A stretch of 64,000 bases of DNA from Clostridia bacterium (GCA_017517135.1 JAFXAK010000031.1:84782-148781), one strand, 5' to 3'; shown: positions 9,063 to 19,692, numbered from the stretch's first letter. Notes: generated by a model not told the origin, from the letters alone. Numbers and translations: made by a program.

Positions 9063-10043
9063 ATGGACGCAATCAGAGATTTTCTGGCAATACCCTTCGG
9101 ATGGTTGCTGGGTTTATTTTACGATTTAAGCGGAAACTATCTTCTTTCGCTCGTTGTAATCACGCTTATCGTAAGACTTGTTTTGCTTGCCCCCTCAATC
9201 AAGCAGCAGAAGAATTCTGCAAAACAGATGAGACTTCAGGCAAAAATCAATAAAATAAGAGCAAAGTATCCTTCAGGCACAAGAGAAGCTCAGATGAAGA
9301 TTTCCGAGGAAACACAGGAACTTTACAGAAGAGAAGGCTTCAGCGCTTCAACAGCGGGCTGCCTGCCCTTACTTATACAGCTGCCTGTTATGTTAGGACT
9401 TTACGGTGCTATTTACGCTCCGATTTCAAAGGTTCTCAATATGTCGGATGCAGTTATGGAAGCACTTAAAACAGCATATACTTCTCTTGAGAATGCAACA
9501 GCCGATGCTTATCGTATTGAGCTTAACATCCTTAACAGATTCAGCGAGGTATTAGAGGTTGCAGATAAATCCGTTGTAACAGAAGATATTGTGGCTACCT
9601 TGCAGGGCTTTATTGACCGATTCCAGATTTTCGGTGTGGATCTTACCGAAATGCCCAATGAATTCAGAACTATCGGTGCATCAATTCTTCTTATTCCTGT
9701 ATTTGCATTCATTTCTTCTATGCTTACATCCTTGTTTATGATGCAGAAGCAAAAGAAAACAAATCCCGAAATGGCAAAAAATCCCACTATGGGTTGTATG
9801 ACATTTATGTCACCCGTAATTTCAGGCTTCTTTGCTTATTCTCTCCCCGCAGGTGTAGGCTTCTACTGGATCATCTCAAATATTCTCTCTTTCATTCAGA
9901 CTGTTGCACTTGCAATTTTCATCAAGCCTGAAAACATAATTGCAAGCCAGATGATAGACGAAACAGTTGAAAGACGCTCACGCGAAGAAAGTATCAAAAA
10001 GAGAGTTGCGATAATGAAATCGCAGGAAGAAAAAACAAAATAA
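9063..10043 (+). CDS. yidC: YidC/Oxa1 family membrane insertase (SpoIIIJ-like)
   Basis: The 326-aa polytopic protein contains QKNSAKQMRLQAKINKIRAKY, a YidC hallmark, and the synteny fits. Confidence 0.92.
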   Translation: MDAIRDFLAIPFGWLLGLFYDLSGNYLLSLVVITLIVRLVLLAPSIKQQKNSAKQMRLQAKINKIRAKYPSGTREAQMKISEETQELYRREGFSASTAGCLPLLIQLPVMLGLYGAIYAPISKVLNMSDAVMEALKTAYTSLENATADAYRIELNILNRFSEVLEVADKSVVTEDIVATLQGFIDRFQIFGVDLTEMPNEFRTIGASILLIPVFAFISSMLTSLFMMQKQKKTNPEMAKNPTMGCMTFMSPVISGFFAYSLPAGVGFYWIISNILSFIQTVALAIFIKPENIIASQMIDETVERRSREESIKKRVAIMKSQEEKTK

Positions 10044-10095
10044 CCCCGATCTTTCCGCTGATTATTCAGCGTAAAATACAGAAAGGACGCAAAAA

Positions 10096-11115
10096 ATGAT
10101 TATAGAAAAAATCGGCGTCGGTGCCTCCATTCAGGAAGCTTATGAGGATGCAAAGGCACAATTGAATGCGCCCGAAGAAGCTTGTCTTCAGCAGGAAATC
10201 ATTCAGGACGCAAAAAAGCGCGGACTTTTCCGCAAGGCTGAACCGGCAAAGGTTAAGGTATGGTATGAAATTGCCGATCCCGTCCCCGCAAAGCCCCAGG
10301 TAAAAGAAACAAAAACCGAAGCAGTAAAAACAGCTCCCGTAAAAAATGCTGAAAAGAAAGCTGCAAAGCCCGAAAAGAAAGTAAATCAGGCTCCCGCAAA
10401 GAAAGAAATCAAAGAAGAAGCAAAGGAAGCTGCAGCAGAAGCACAGGAAACAAAGGTTTCGCTTCCCATTGAAGAAAATGATGTTGCTGCAAATTATCTC
10501 AAAGCAATAATTGCAGGTATCGGCATAGAAAACTTCACAATGTCACTCGAAAAGACAGAAGAGCAGGAATACATCTACTCAGTTTCCTGCGGTGACGAAG
10601 ACGGTGCTCTTATCGGCAGACGCGGTGAAACACTTGATTCCATCCAGTATCTGCTGAGACTGAGCGTAAACAGAGGCAAGGATGAAGCAAATCACCGTAA
10701 GGTTTCCGTCAATGTGGGCAACTACAGAGAAAAGAGAAACGAAAATCTCCGTGCACTTGCAGCAAGAAGTGCAAAGCAGGTTCTCAAATACGGCAGAAAT
10801 GCAGTTCTTGAGCCTATGAACCCCTATGAACGCAGAATTATCCACACCGCTGTTCAGGGTATTGAAGGTGTAACCTCTCATTCAGTAGGCTATGACAACG
10901 AAAGAAAGGTTGTTATCTCCCTCGAAGAAGGCGTAACACCCACAAACCCTTCAAAGGGCGGCTACAATAACAGAAGAGGCGGTAACAACAGACGCGGCGG
11001 CAAGCCCTACCAGAAAAGGGAGGCTTACAAGCCCACTCAGACAAGAGAGCCCAGAAAAGACAACGCAGGCTCCCTCTACGGCAAAATTGAAATCCCCTCA
11101 AAGTCTGAAGATTAA
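10096..11115 (+). CDS. jag: Jag/KhpB RNA-binding protein (KH + R3H) with K/E/A/P linker and RGG-like C-terminal tail
   Basis: GRRGETLDSIQYLLRL marks the KH domain and PMNPYERRIIHTAV the R3H domain. It follows yidC. Confidence 0.9.
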   Translation: MIIEKIGVGASIQEAYEDAKAQLNAPEEACLQQEIIQDAKKRGLFRKAEPAKVKVWYEIADPVPAKPQVKETKTEAVKTAPVKNAEKKAAKPEKKVNQAPAKKEIKEEAKEAAAEAQETKVSLPIEENDVAANYLKAIIAGIGIENFTMSLEKTEEQEYIYSVSCGDEDGALIGRRGETLDSIQYLLRLSVNRGKDEANHRKVSVNVGNYREKRNENLRALAARSAKQVLKYGRNAVLEPMNPYERRIIHTAVQGIEGVTSHSVGYDNERKVVISLEEGVTPTNPSKGGYNNRRGGNNRRGGKPYQKREAYKPTQTREPRKDNAGSLYGKIEIPSKSED

Positions 11116-11130
11116 TTAAAATCAACCAAA

Positions 11131-11198
11131 AATCCCCTTAAAGCATACCGGAGCTTTACTGCTTCAGGTATCTGCTTCAAGGGGATATTTTATTTTGT
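11131..11198. terminator. Hairpin between convergent jag and anti-sigma genes
   Basis: The arms atcccctt (11132-11139) and aaggggat (11179-11186) are followed by attttatttt. Confidence 0.5.
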
Positions 11199-11242
11199 CT
11201 TTTCAGTTATTCATTACATCTCCTGCCGATAAACATTTTGTT

Positions 11243-12460
11243 TTATCCGACTGAAAAATATTCAGCAAAGCTGTAGCACGGCACAGTTACGCTGAAGCAA
11301 TCCATTCCGTCCTCTTTTTCCTCAACACAGAAGCGGAAATCATAGCACGGCACACGGTATGCAGAATCGGCTGAAGCATAATACAGTATAGTACAGCCTG
11401 CCAACTGTGCGTCAGAGAAGCCTTCATCTTCGCATACCTTTACTGCTGCCTTATATGCATTTTCATATCCCACAAAGGGAATTTCCGTTTCTATTTCACC
11501 GGCAAGAACAATGTTGTCACAGGCAGAAACAGACACATAGCCCTCTGCATAAAATGCCGCACTTGCCCGGAGTGATAAAACATAAAAGCTGTCAAGCAGC
11601 TCCTGATTATTTTTTGCATCGGCATTGTAAAATATAAGCAACGGAAGCCAACCTTCCTCTCTGTCCCCGTTATCGACATAAGCAAGCTTGTCCGCACCGA
11701 AATATTGAGCAAGTGCACAAAAATAAACATCATCAAGCAAGACTTCCCCGTAGGTCCCGTTTCCGCATAAACGGGCATTCTGTGTAACGGGATAATCTGC
11801 ATAATAGTGCAAAGAAACAGATTTATTGTCAACTTTCAGACACACCTCGTTTTTTATATTAACATAAAGCAGATAACCGCAGTTATAGAAGCTCTTTTTA
11901 AAAACACAGGTATTGGCATCAAGTAACACTTCCGTTGAAAGCTCCTCGGGATATTCATCCTCAACAAAAACAAGGTCATCAAAATCAAAATCTATCAGCT
12001 CAAGATACTTTTTAAGCTCTGCTATAATATCCGCCTGTATAGCTTGTGTGTTTTCCTCGTCTTCATCAATGTAATTGAAATAGTCATTTTTGAACAAAGG
12101 CGGAACATAGTCTGTCAGATCAACATCCTTTTCAAAATCATTATATATGGTTCCGTTATCTGTATATTCCCAAAAATTGACATCAGAATACCCGCAGCCG
12201 CCGAAATCATCAGTCACCCACAAGCTGTAGACAGAAACATCGGGCAACACAACACCGTCGGCATTTGTCCCCGAGAGTATAAGTATTCCTGACACACCAA
12301 CCAAAAGCAGAAGCACCGCAGCAACAGACAACAACTTTGCTTTTGTGCTTATGTTTTTATTATCTTTTTTTCTCAACTCACATACACATTTTTTTTCAAT
12401 TTCTTCAAAATCGGGCAGTTCATTTTCTAAAGCTAATGCAAAAAACTCTTTTTCAGTCAT
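11243..12460 (-). CDS. Putative anti-sigma factor (single TM, large extracytoplasmic domain)
   Basis: Its start overlaps the sigma-factor stop by 8 nt (ATGACTGA). The architecture is a short cytoplasmic N-terminus, one TM (LLSVAAVLLLLVGVSGILILS), then about 330 aa outside. The function is inferred from position only. Confidence 0.55.
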   Translation of the reverse strand: MTEKEFFALALENELPDFEEIEKKCVCELRKKDNKNISTKAKLLSVAAVLLLLVGVSGILILSGTNADGVVLPDVSVYSLWVTDDFGGCGYSDVNFWEYTDNGTIYNDFEKDVDLTDYVPPLFKNDYFNYIDEDEENTQAIQADIIAELKKYLELIDFDFDDLVFVEDEYPEELSTEVLLDANTCVFKKSFYNCGYLLYVNIKNEVCLKVDNKSVSLHYYADYPVTQNARLCGNGTYGEVLLDDVYFCALAQYFGADKLAYVDNGDREEGWLPLLIFYNADAKNNQELLDSFYVLSLRASAAFYAEGYVSVSACDNIVLAGEIETEIPFVGYENAYKAAVKVCEDEGFSDAQLAGCTILYYASADSAYRVPCYDFRFCVEEKEDGMDCFSVTVPCYSFAEYFSVG

Positions 12461-12989
12461 TGTTTTCATCCTCCCTTTTCATTGTTTCACGCAATTCCCT
12501 GATTGTTCTGTAAAGCTTGTTTTTTACGGATGACTCATTAAGTCCTGTCTGAACGGCAATTTCCGAAAGCTTCATATCCGCCTGAAAATACAGGAAAAAT
12601 ATTTTCAGAACAATATCATCCTTCTTTTTCAGAATATTATATATTTCTCTTACGGTTTCCCTGTCCGCAGAAATATTTTCGATATGTACAAACGGCTCGT
12701 CCTCACAGGAGAAAAACACATCCGTGCAGAAAGTATCAAGCTTTTCATTTTGCTTATAGTATGCATACAGCTTCTTCTTTGCAATATCCGTCAACAGAGC
12801 CGCAGGAGAATTTATATATGAGCTGCCGTTTGCTTTCAGTATTTTTACAAGCTCCATATACACTTCCTGAAAAATATCCACAGCATCATCACGGTTCTTT
12901 GCGCGGGCATAGATATATGCATAAACAGTATTTTTTGTCTGAGCATAAACTTCCTTAAAATATGCTTCGTTCATTTTTTCAAGCCGCAT
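12453..12989 (-). CDS. ECF-type RNA polymerase sigma-70 family factor
   Basis: The region 2-like segment is DAVDIFQEVYMELVKIL and the region 4 HTH is MKLSEIAVQTGLNESSVKNKLYRTIRELRE. An RBS (AAAGGAAG) is present. Confidence 0.85.
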   Translation of the reverse strand: MRLEKMNEAYFKEVYAQTKNTVYAYIYARAKNRDDAVDIFQEVYMELVKILKANGSSYINSPAALLTDIAKKKLYAYYKQNEKLDTFCTDVFFSCEDEPFVHIENISADRETVREIYNILKKKDDIVLKIFFLYFQADMKLSEIAVQTGLNESSVKNKLYRTIRELRETMKREDENND

Positions 12990-13143
12990 AATTTTTTCTT
13001 CCTTTCATCTTACTAAAAAGGCCTTTTCACTTAATATGTGTTAAATTCAAACGAAAAAGTTTCATAAAATTCCCTATCAGTTTGCAGTTTTTCTTTACTT
13101 TGTGATGAGAAAATGTTATATTTTAAATAAAGGTGGTGTTTGT

Positions 13144-13725
13144 ATGAAAGCAAAAGGATTGCTTTTAGTTTTGCTCGTTGTTTTAATAAGTTTATTCCTG
13201 GTGAGTTGCTCAAATAAATCAGATGAGAATGGTTATAAGGATATAACCGACTTATATACTGTAACACAAAATGATGATAATACATACTCGTACTCTTTTT
13301 CAGATTTAAACGGAAAAATTCTCTTTGAAAAAGATGGAGTTGCCCGTGAGCCTGAGATAAATCAGATTGATGTTGGCATTTATGAGCTTATCACCCAAAC
13401 AGGAACAGGATTATCAACTAATTGGGCTGTATATTGTGATGTTGAAAATAGTAAAACTTCGGATTTGTTTTATCATGTTTTAGGTGCTGATGAAAATTAT
13501 GTGATTTGTGGTAATATTAAAAATAACGAATACTTAATTGTTGTTCAAGAAATTTTTAATAATGACGGTGAAGGATATTTTAAAGAATATAAATTAGAAA
13601 ATGTTTCGCCTGTTGCTGCTGATTTTGCAGTAGATTGTAAAATTGATAATAAAAGTGCCTTTGTCACATATCTTACCGGTGACGATTATACAGAAGCAAT
13701 TTTACAAATACAACTGCCTGATTAA
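13144..13725 (+). CDS. Lipoprotein, function unknown
   Basis: The start is the ATG at 13144 with an AAAGGTGG RBS. The signal and lipobox read MKAKGLLLVLLVVLISLFLVSC. Confidence 0.7.
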   Translation: MKAKGLLLVLLVVLISLFLVSCSNKSDENGYKDITDLYTVTQNDDNTYSYSFSDLNGKILFEKDGVAREPEINQIDVGIYELITQTGTGLSTNWAVYCDVENSKTSDLFYHVLGADENYVICGNIKNNEYLIVVQEIFNNDGEGYFKEYKLENVSPVAADFAVDCKIDNKSAFVTYLTGDDYTEAILQIQLPD

Positions 13726-13730
13726 GAGGA

Positions 13731-14498
13731 TTATTGCTTTTTAACCTGCCTGCCCGTATGGTCAATGTCATAATTATCCCAATAAATAAGCTCGCTGACG
13801 GTTACGAATTCGTAGCCGTCTTTTTTCAGCTTACCTATTATTTCTCCGAGAGCTTCAAGGGTATTTTCCTTTCCTGAATGAAACAGCACCACAGAGCCGT
13901 TTTTGGACTTATTACACACTCTTGAAACAATAGTATCCGCAGACGGATTCTTCCAGTCGATGCTGTCAACATCCCATTGTATGCACTTCATTCCGAGGCT
14001 TTGGGCGGCTTCAATTGTTTTGTTGTCATAGGAGCCTGACGGGGCACGGTACAGCTTTATTTCGCTTACACCCGTTATGCTTTTAAGCAGAGCATTACAC
14101 GCATCAATATCTGCCGCAATTTCGGAAAACTGCTGTGTGACGGGATCGGTATGGTGCATTGAATGATTTGCAATTTCGTGTCCTGCATTATATATTTTTC
14201 TCACACTCTCAGGGTATTTTTCGGCAAACTCCCCTACTATAAAGAATGTACATTTTATATTGTTTTTAACGAGAATATCAAGTATTCCGTCTGTTGTTTC
14301 GTCTCCCCACGCACAGTTGAATGTGAGAGCAATTTGCTTTTCGTCAGTCTCAACGCTGTAAATCGGCAGTTTTCTTTCACCTGCCGATACAAATGTATCC
14401 GACAGACACTTAAAAACAACAAAGCTTATTGCGGCAAGCCACACAAGTAAAATTATAACTGTAACAATCTGCTTTCGTCCTATTATACCGTATGCCAT
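13731..14498 (-). CDS. Polysaccharide deacetylase (NodB/CE4 family), membrane-anchored
   Basis: The NodB motifs are present: LTFNCAWGDE, FFIVGEFAEKYPESVRKIYNAGHEIANHSMHH, LYRAPSG and VVLFH. The start is the ATG at 14498 after AAAGGAGAGGGG. Confidence 0.85.
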   Translation of the reverse strand: MAYGIIGRKQIVTVIILLVWLAAISFVVFKCLSDTFVSAGERKLPIYSVETDEKQIALTFNCAWGDETTDGILDILVKNNIKCTFFIVGEFAEKYPESVRKIYNAGHEIANHSMHHTDPVTQQFSEIAADIDACNALLKSITGVSEIKLYRAPSGSYDNKTIEAAQSLGMKCIQWDVDSIDWKNPSADTIVSRVCNKSKNGSVVLFHSGKENTLEALGEIIGKLKKDGYEFVTVSELIYWDNYDIDHTGRQVKKQ

Positions 14499-14608
14499 AA
14501 AAATCCCCTCTCCTTTATACATACATATGTTCCGAAGAGAAGAAAAACACCGTCTGCTCAGAAAAATCCGGCAAACGGTGTTGTTGTTATTTTATTAAAT
14601 TATCATTA

Positions 14609-16006
14609 TCAGAATTCAAGCTTCTTTGCGATATAGCTTTCGAGTTGGGCTATGGGAAGTCTTACCTGCTCCATTGTGTCACGGTCACGGACAGTCACAC
14701 AGCCGTCTTCTGCTGACTCAAAGTCATATGTGATACAGAAGGGAGTACCGATTTCGTCCTGTCTGCGGTAACGCTTACCTATAGAGCCTGCATCGTCATA
14801 GTCACAGCGGAACTTCTTGCAAAGTGACATAAATACCTTTTCAGCCTCTTCATTGAGCTTCTTTGAAAGAGGAAGAACTGCACATTTGAAGGGAGCAAGA
14901 GCGGGGTGAAGATGCATAACAACTCTTGTGTCGCCCTTAGCTTCGTCAACAACCTCTTCGTCATATGCTTCGCAAAGGAATGCGAGTGCAACTCTGTCTG
15001 CACCGAGTGAGGGTTCGATTACATAGGGAATATACTTTTCGTTTGTTTCGGGATCAAAGTAATCAAGTGCTTCACCTGAATGATTGGTGTGCTGAGTGAG
15101 GTCGTAGTCTGTTCTGTCTGCAATACCCCAAAGCTCACCCCAGCCGAAGGGGAAGAGATATTCAAAGTCTGTTGTTGCCTTTGAATAGAAGCAAAGCTCC
15201 TCGGGATCGTGGTCACGAAGACGCAAGTTTTCCTCTTTCATACCGAGTGCATAAAGGAAATCTCTGCAGTATGCTCTCCAGTAGCTGAACCATTCAAGGT
15301 CTGTGCCGGGCTTACAGAAGAATTCAAGCTCCATCTGTTCGAATTCTCTTGTACGGAAGGTGAAGTTACCGGGAGTGATTTCGTTACGGAAGGACTTACC
15401 TATCTGACATACACCGAAGGGCACCTTTTTTCTTGTTGTTCTCTGGATATTCTTGAAGTTTACAAAAATACCCTGAGCTGTTTCGGGACGAAGATAAAGT
15501 GTGGCTGCTGTATCCTCTGTTACGCCCTGGAAGGTCTTGAACATAAGGTTGAACTTACGGATGTCTGTGAAGTCGCCTGAGCCGCAGGAGGGACAAACGA
15601 TATGCTTTTCCTTGATGTATGCAGACATCTGAGCATCTGTCCAGCCGGCAGGATTATCCTCAAGGCCGTTTTCTGCTGCATAATCTTCAATGAGCTTATC
15701 TGCTCTGTGACGGGTTTTACATACCTTACAGTCCATAAGAGGATCAGAGAAGCCTCCGAGGTGACCTGAAGCTACCCATGTTTCGGGATTCATAAGGATT
15801 GCGCTGTCAAGACCTGTGTTGTAGGGATTTTCCTGAACAAATTTCTGCCACCATGCTTTTTTGACATTGTTCTTGAATTCAACACCGAGAGGGCCGTAGT
15901 CCCAGGTGTTTGAAAGTCCGCCGTAAATTTCACTGCCGGCGTATACGAAGCCTCTGCCCTTGCAGAGAGCAACAATTTTATCCATTGTTTTTTCTGTGTT
16001 TTTCAT
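14609..16006 (-). CDS. glyQS: Glycine--tRNA ligase (homodimeric GlyQS type)
   Basis: [24 protein letters not shown] and [25 protein letters not shown] are class II motifs. I chose the ATG at 16004-16006 (GGAGA upstream); ATG 15985 is an alternative. Confidence 0.93.
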   Translation of the reverse strand: MKNTEKTMDKIVALCKGRGFVYAGSEIYGGLSNTWDYGPLGVEFKNNVKKAWWQKFVQENPYNTGLDSAILMNPETWVASGHLGGFSDPLMDCKVCKTRHRADKLIEDYAAENGLEDNPAGWTDAQMSAYIKEKHIVCPSCGSGDFTDIRKFNLMFKTFQGVTEDTAATLYLRPETAQGIFVNFKNIQRTTRKKVPFGVCQIGKSFRNEITPGNFTFRTREFEQMELEFFCKPGTDLEWFSYWRAYCRDFLYALGMKEENLRLRDHDPEELCFYSKATTDFEYLFPFGWGELWGIADRTDYDLTQHTNHSGEALDYFDPETNEKYIPYVIEPSLGADRVALAFLCEAYDEEVVDEAKGDTRVVMHLHPALAPFKCAVLPLSKKLNEEAEKVFMSLCKKFRCDYDDAGSIGKRYRRQDEIGTPFCITYDFESAEDGCVTVRDRDTMEQVRLPIAQLESYIAKKLEF

Positions 16007-16028
16007 TGTCTGTTTATCTCCATTTAAT

Positions 16029-17324
16029 TTAATTTGCATTTACCATATTGATAAAGTCAACATAGAAATCCTCAAATGAGGTAGGCCAGCCTGTTGAGCC
16101 CATAAAGCCCGTGTGCATCTGTCCCTCAAGAGGATCCATAACATACCAGATACCTGTTTCAAGTGCTTCGCCCGCATTGACAGTATCCTCATAGTCCTTT
16201 ACCTTATCGGCATCCTTCACAGGATACTTTGCACTTGCCAAAGGCACGATACCGTCACTTATTGCCCATTCCTTTGTCATTTCAACACCGTCAAGTGTTT
16301 TACCCTCATAAAGAGCCAATACTGTGGATGAGAATGTGAAGAGTGATAGAGTGTCAAGTGACTGCAATCCTAAGCAATTCTCACTTGTTGAAACAGCAGT
16401 AAAGGAATAATAATATGCATAGGGGTTGATTTCTATCTTTTCGTTGAGCTTCTTTGCTCCGTCAACGGTCATATCATAACCGCAGTTATCATTTGAATTA
16501 TAGAAATTTTTGATAGCAGCAAGACTAAAACTCGCTTTGTCCTCTCCCTGCTTAGGAGTGAGTCCGAAGTGACCGAATCTGAGTGACCACATCATAACAT
16601 TATCACCGAAAAGGCAGCCTAAAATATTGCCGAAAACAGCAATAAGAGAAATCAGCTTGCATTCAACAAGGAAATCTGCAATGGGTGTGCCGTCATTAGG
16701 GCTTGAGAAGGTTGTTACAGAGTGAATAAGCTCTCCGTGGCCGCCCTCAAACAGGGGAGAAACATCCTCACCCGAAGCGGCTTTTTCTTCAGCATCACCG
16801 TGTGCCATAAGAGATGAGAACAGACGGACTGTGGGACCTCCGAAGGAATGTCCGATAATATTGATAGCGGTTTGCATATCCCAGTTTTCACCCATAAGAG
16901 CGTTACCTGTGTAATCATAACCGTATCTGTCGTGATTATGAGCCGCAGAATGTGCTTCACCGTAGTCAACAACAGTACCCGTAAGCTGAGCGTATAATTC
17001 ACACGCTCTGTCCCACGCGCTGCTGAAAGGTCCAACGGACGCTTCATATGCTTCAACACCGTTGTCATTAAGGTTTTCAATAAGGTCGGTATCCCCCATT
17101 GACATCATAAGACCGTCAAAATCCATACCGCCCCAATAGGGAGTTTCAAAATCCTCATAGGCACCCCAGCCGCCCATACCGTGTACAAACACAAATGGAT
17201 AACCGTCGGTTGTGAGGTCACTCCACTGAGAGTTGCCGTTTTCTGCTGCCATTGCAACGGGAGTTGCCGTGAAGCCGAAAACAAATGCAAAAACCAATAC
17301 AACAGAAACTATTTTTTTTAACAT
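16029..17324 (-). CDS. Secreted alpha/beta-hydrolase lipase/esterase
   Basis: It has a signal peptide ([26 protein letters not shown]), an oxyanion-type FVHGMGGWG, and the nucleophile elbow GHSFGG. A GGAGG RBS is present. Confidence 0.8.
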   Translation of the reverse strand: MLKKIVSVVLVFAFVFGFTATPVAMAAENGNSQWSDLTTDGYPFVFVHGMGGWGAYEDFETPYWGGMDFDGLMMSMGDTDLIENLNDNGVEAYEASVGPFSSAWDRACELYAQLTGTVVDYGEAHSAAHNHDRYGYDYTGNALMGENWDMQTAINIIGHSFGGPTVRLFSSLMAHGDAEEKAASGEDVSPLFEGGHGELIHSVTTFSSPNDGTPIADFLVECKLISLIAVFGNILGCLFGDNVMMWSLRFGHFGLTPKQGEDKASFSLAAIKNFYNSNDNCGYDMTVDGAKKLNEKIEINPYAYYYSFTAVSTSENCLGLQSLDTLSLFTFSSTVLALYEGKTLDGVEMTKEWAISDGIVPLASAKYPVKDADKVKDYEDTVNAGEALETGIWYVMDPLEGQMHTGFMGSTGWPTSFEDFYVDFINMVNAN

Positions 17325-17528
17325 AACACTTGCCTCCGTTTAAGGTAAAATTTACTATAGACCTATATTATATTAGCACCTGAAAGCCTCTTTTGTCAAT
17401 AAAATAAACTTATTAAAATAAATATTGCTTTAATAATAAAAAGAACCATACGAATTAATTAAAAAATGTTGATAAAAAATAAAAGAAGTGCTAAAATTAT
17501 ATAAATCCGGTATTCAGGGAGCGGCTCT

Positions 17529-18785
17529 ATGGCGTTTTACGAAAATGAAAATAAAAAACAGCTTGCCTTATTGCTTCAGGTTGACACAGGCGAATACGAT
17601 GCCGAAGCCTCTATCCAAGAATTGTCAGGGCTTGTACAGACAGCAGGCGGCGAGGTTTATGCTTCCCTTATTCAGAAAAAAGACAAGGCAGACAGCGTAA
17701 CCTACCTCGGTTCGGGAAAGCTCAGCGAAGCCAAGGAAATATGCGAAAATGCAGACATTGATCTGGTTATATGCGATACGGAGCTGTCCCCCACTCAGCA
17801 AAGAAAGCTCGAAAATGTTTTCGGGATAAGAGTTATTGACCGTACTGTGCTGATACTTGATATTTTCGCTCAGCGTGCAAAAACAAACGAGGGTAAGCTT
17901 CAGGTTGAATTGGCACAGCTAAACTATATGCTTCCGCGACTTACGGGCAAGGGTGCGTCCCTTTCAAGGCTTGGCGGCGGAATAGGCACAAGAGGTCCCG
18001 GAGAGAGCAAGCTCGAAAGCGATAAAAGACATATCAGACGAAGAATTCACGCTCTCGAAAACGAGCTTGAGCTTCTTTCAAAACGAAGAGAGCGGCACAG
18101 AGACCGCCGTAAAAAAGACGGTGTTATATCCTGTGCAATAGTAGGCTACACGAATGCGGGTAAATCCACATTATTGAATTATCTTACAAATGCAGGTGTC
18201 CTTGCGGAAGACAAGCTGTTTGCAACGCTTGATCCCACCGCCCGTTCAATAAAGCTGCCCGACGGCTCTGATGTTTTACTTATAGACACGGTAGGCTTTA
18301 TTTCCCGTCTTCCCCACTTTCTTGTTGAAGCCTTCAAGTCAACGCTTGAAGAAGCAACAAATGCAGACCTTATACTTATTCTCTGCGATGCTTCAGATCC
18401 CGAATGCGAGCAGCAGCTTGAAGTAACAAAGGAAATACTCAAGGAATTGGGAGCAGAACACAAGCCGACCGTTACCGTATATAATAAGTGCGATAAAGCC
18501 AATGCATTTCTGCTTGAGGCCAGCCACGATACGGTGCGTATCTGTGCAACAACGGGTGTGGGAGTAAACAAGCTGCTTGAAACTATGGCTGAAAAATTGC
18601 CGAAAACAAAGAAAAGACTCAGGCTCTTGATTCCGTTCAGTAAGGGCTCGCTTGCGGCTAAGGTAAGAAACCACGGCAAGGTAAATGAAGAAAAGTACCG
18701 TGAAGACGGTATTGAGCTTGATGCGGTTGTTGATATACAGCTTATGAAAGAGCTTATGGAATATATAATAGACGAAAAGGAATAG
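17529..18785 (+). CDS. hflX: GTPase HflX
   Basis: The HflX N-domain is followed by G motifs: GYTNAGKST, DTVGF and NKCD. Confidence 0.95.
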   Translation: MAFYENENKKQLALLLQVDTGEYDAEASIQELSGLVQTAGGEVYASLIQKKDKADSVTYLGSGKLSEAKEICENADIDLVICDTELSPTQQRKLENVFGIRVIDRTVLILDIFAQRAKTNEGKLQVELAQLNYMLPRLTGKGASLSRLGGGIGTRGPGESKLESDKRHIRRRIHALENELELLSKRRERHRDRRKKDGVISCAIVGYTNAGKSTLLNYLTNAGVLAEDKLFATLDPTARSIKLPDGSDVLLIDTVGFISRLPHFLVEAFKSTLEEATNADLILILCDASDPECEQQLEVTKEILKELGAEHKPTVTVYNKCDKANAFLLEASHDTVRICATTGVGVNKLLETMAEKLPKTKKRLRLLIPFSKGSLAAKVRNHGKVNEEKYREDGIELDAVVDIQLMKELMEYIIDEKE

Positions 18786-18798
18786 GAGAAGAAAAAAT

Positions 18799-19692
18799 AT
18801 GGAAAGATATCTCATTATCAATGCAGACGATTTCGGTATGTGTCACAGTGCAAATCTTGCGGTTATGGATCTGCTCGAAAAGGGCGGTATTACCTCTGCA
18901 ACAATTATGGCACCCTGTCCCTGGGCAAAGGAAGCCGCAGTTTTTGCCGCAAAAAATCCGCAGTATGCAATAGGACTTCACCTGACAACCACAAGTGAAT
19001 GGGGCACCTACCGCTGGGGACCCGTTGCTGAAAATGTACCCTCACTTAAAGACGAGGAAAGCTTCTTCTGGCACGAATCAGATCAGTTTGAAGCAGCCGC
19101 TTCTTTGGAAGATGTTGCAAAAGAGATTGATGCACAGTATAACAAGCTCAAGCAGTTCGGCTTTGAGCCCTCACATTTTGACAATCATATGGGCTCACTC
19201 TACGGCGTTGCAACAGGAAGATTCGAGCTTCTCGAATTAACACTCAAAAAGTGCGCGGAGCACGGCGGTATGCCTTTCCGTTTTCCGTCTATGTTCACAG
19301 ACGAGCAGTTTTCAAATGAGATGCTTGACATAAATGTGCCCAAGGAAATGGTTTTAGGTCTTCTTGACTCTCTCAAAAAGGGTGCAGATGCTCTCGGCGT
19401 TGCAGTACTCGACTATCTTATGCCGGGTGACTGGGCAGGTCCTCAGAGTGAATCCTATGAGAATTTCAGAGAATATATCTTTGAAAAATACCGTGCATTC
19501 CCCGAGGGTATCATTGAAACATATATCCATCCCGCAATCGTAAGCGACGAATTGAAGGCTATATGCGGCAGCTGGCAGAGAAGAGGCTGGGAATACGAGC
19601 TTTTCGCAGATCCCAAAACAAAGGAATTCATTGAATCTCTGGGCATAAAGCTTATAAACTACCGCGACCTTAAAAAAATGAGAGGTTTTTAA
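18799..19692 (+). CDS. YdjC/ChbG-family carbohydrate deacetylase
   Basis: LIINADDFGMCHSANLAVMDLLEKGGITSATIM is a typical YdjC N-terminus. Confidence 0.85.
   Translation: MERYLIINADDFGMCHSANLAVMDLLEKGGITSATIMAPCPWAKEAAVFAAKNPQYAIGLHLTTTSEWGTYRWGPVAENVPSLKDEESFFWHESDQFEAAASLEDVAKEIDAQYNKLKQFGFEPSHFDNHMGSLYGVATGRFELLELTLKKCAEHGGMPFRFPSMFTDEQFSNEMLDINVPKEMVLGLLDSLKKGADALGVAVLDYLMPGDWAGPQSESYENFREYIFEKYRAFPEGIIETYIHPAIVSDELKAICGSWQRRGWEYELFADPKTKEFIESLGIKLINYRDLKKMRGF

Noticed and set aside
10847-10855. A perfect DnaA-box sequence, TTATCCACA.
   Set aside because: It is a single copy inside the jag coding region, where it encodes the conserved R3H motif RIIHTA. This is a coding coincidence, not an origin element.
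16007-17528. I looked for a glycine T-box riboswitch upstream of glyQS.
   Set aside because: I saw no T-box core sequence or specifier-type structure. The absence is reported as a finding instead.
18179-18981. Minus-strand ORFs (166, 142 and 75 aa) across the hflX/ydjC region.
   Set aside because: They are antisense to well-supported conserved genes and lack RBSs. They are shadow ORFs.
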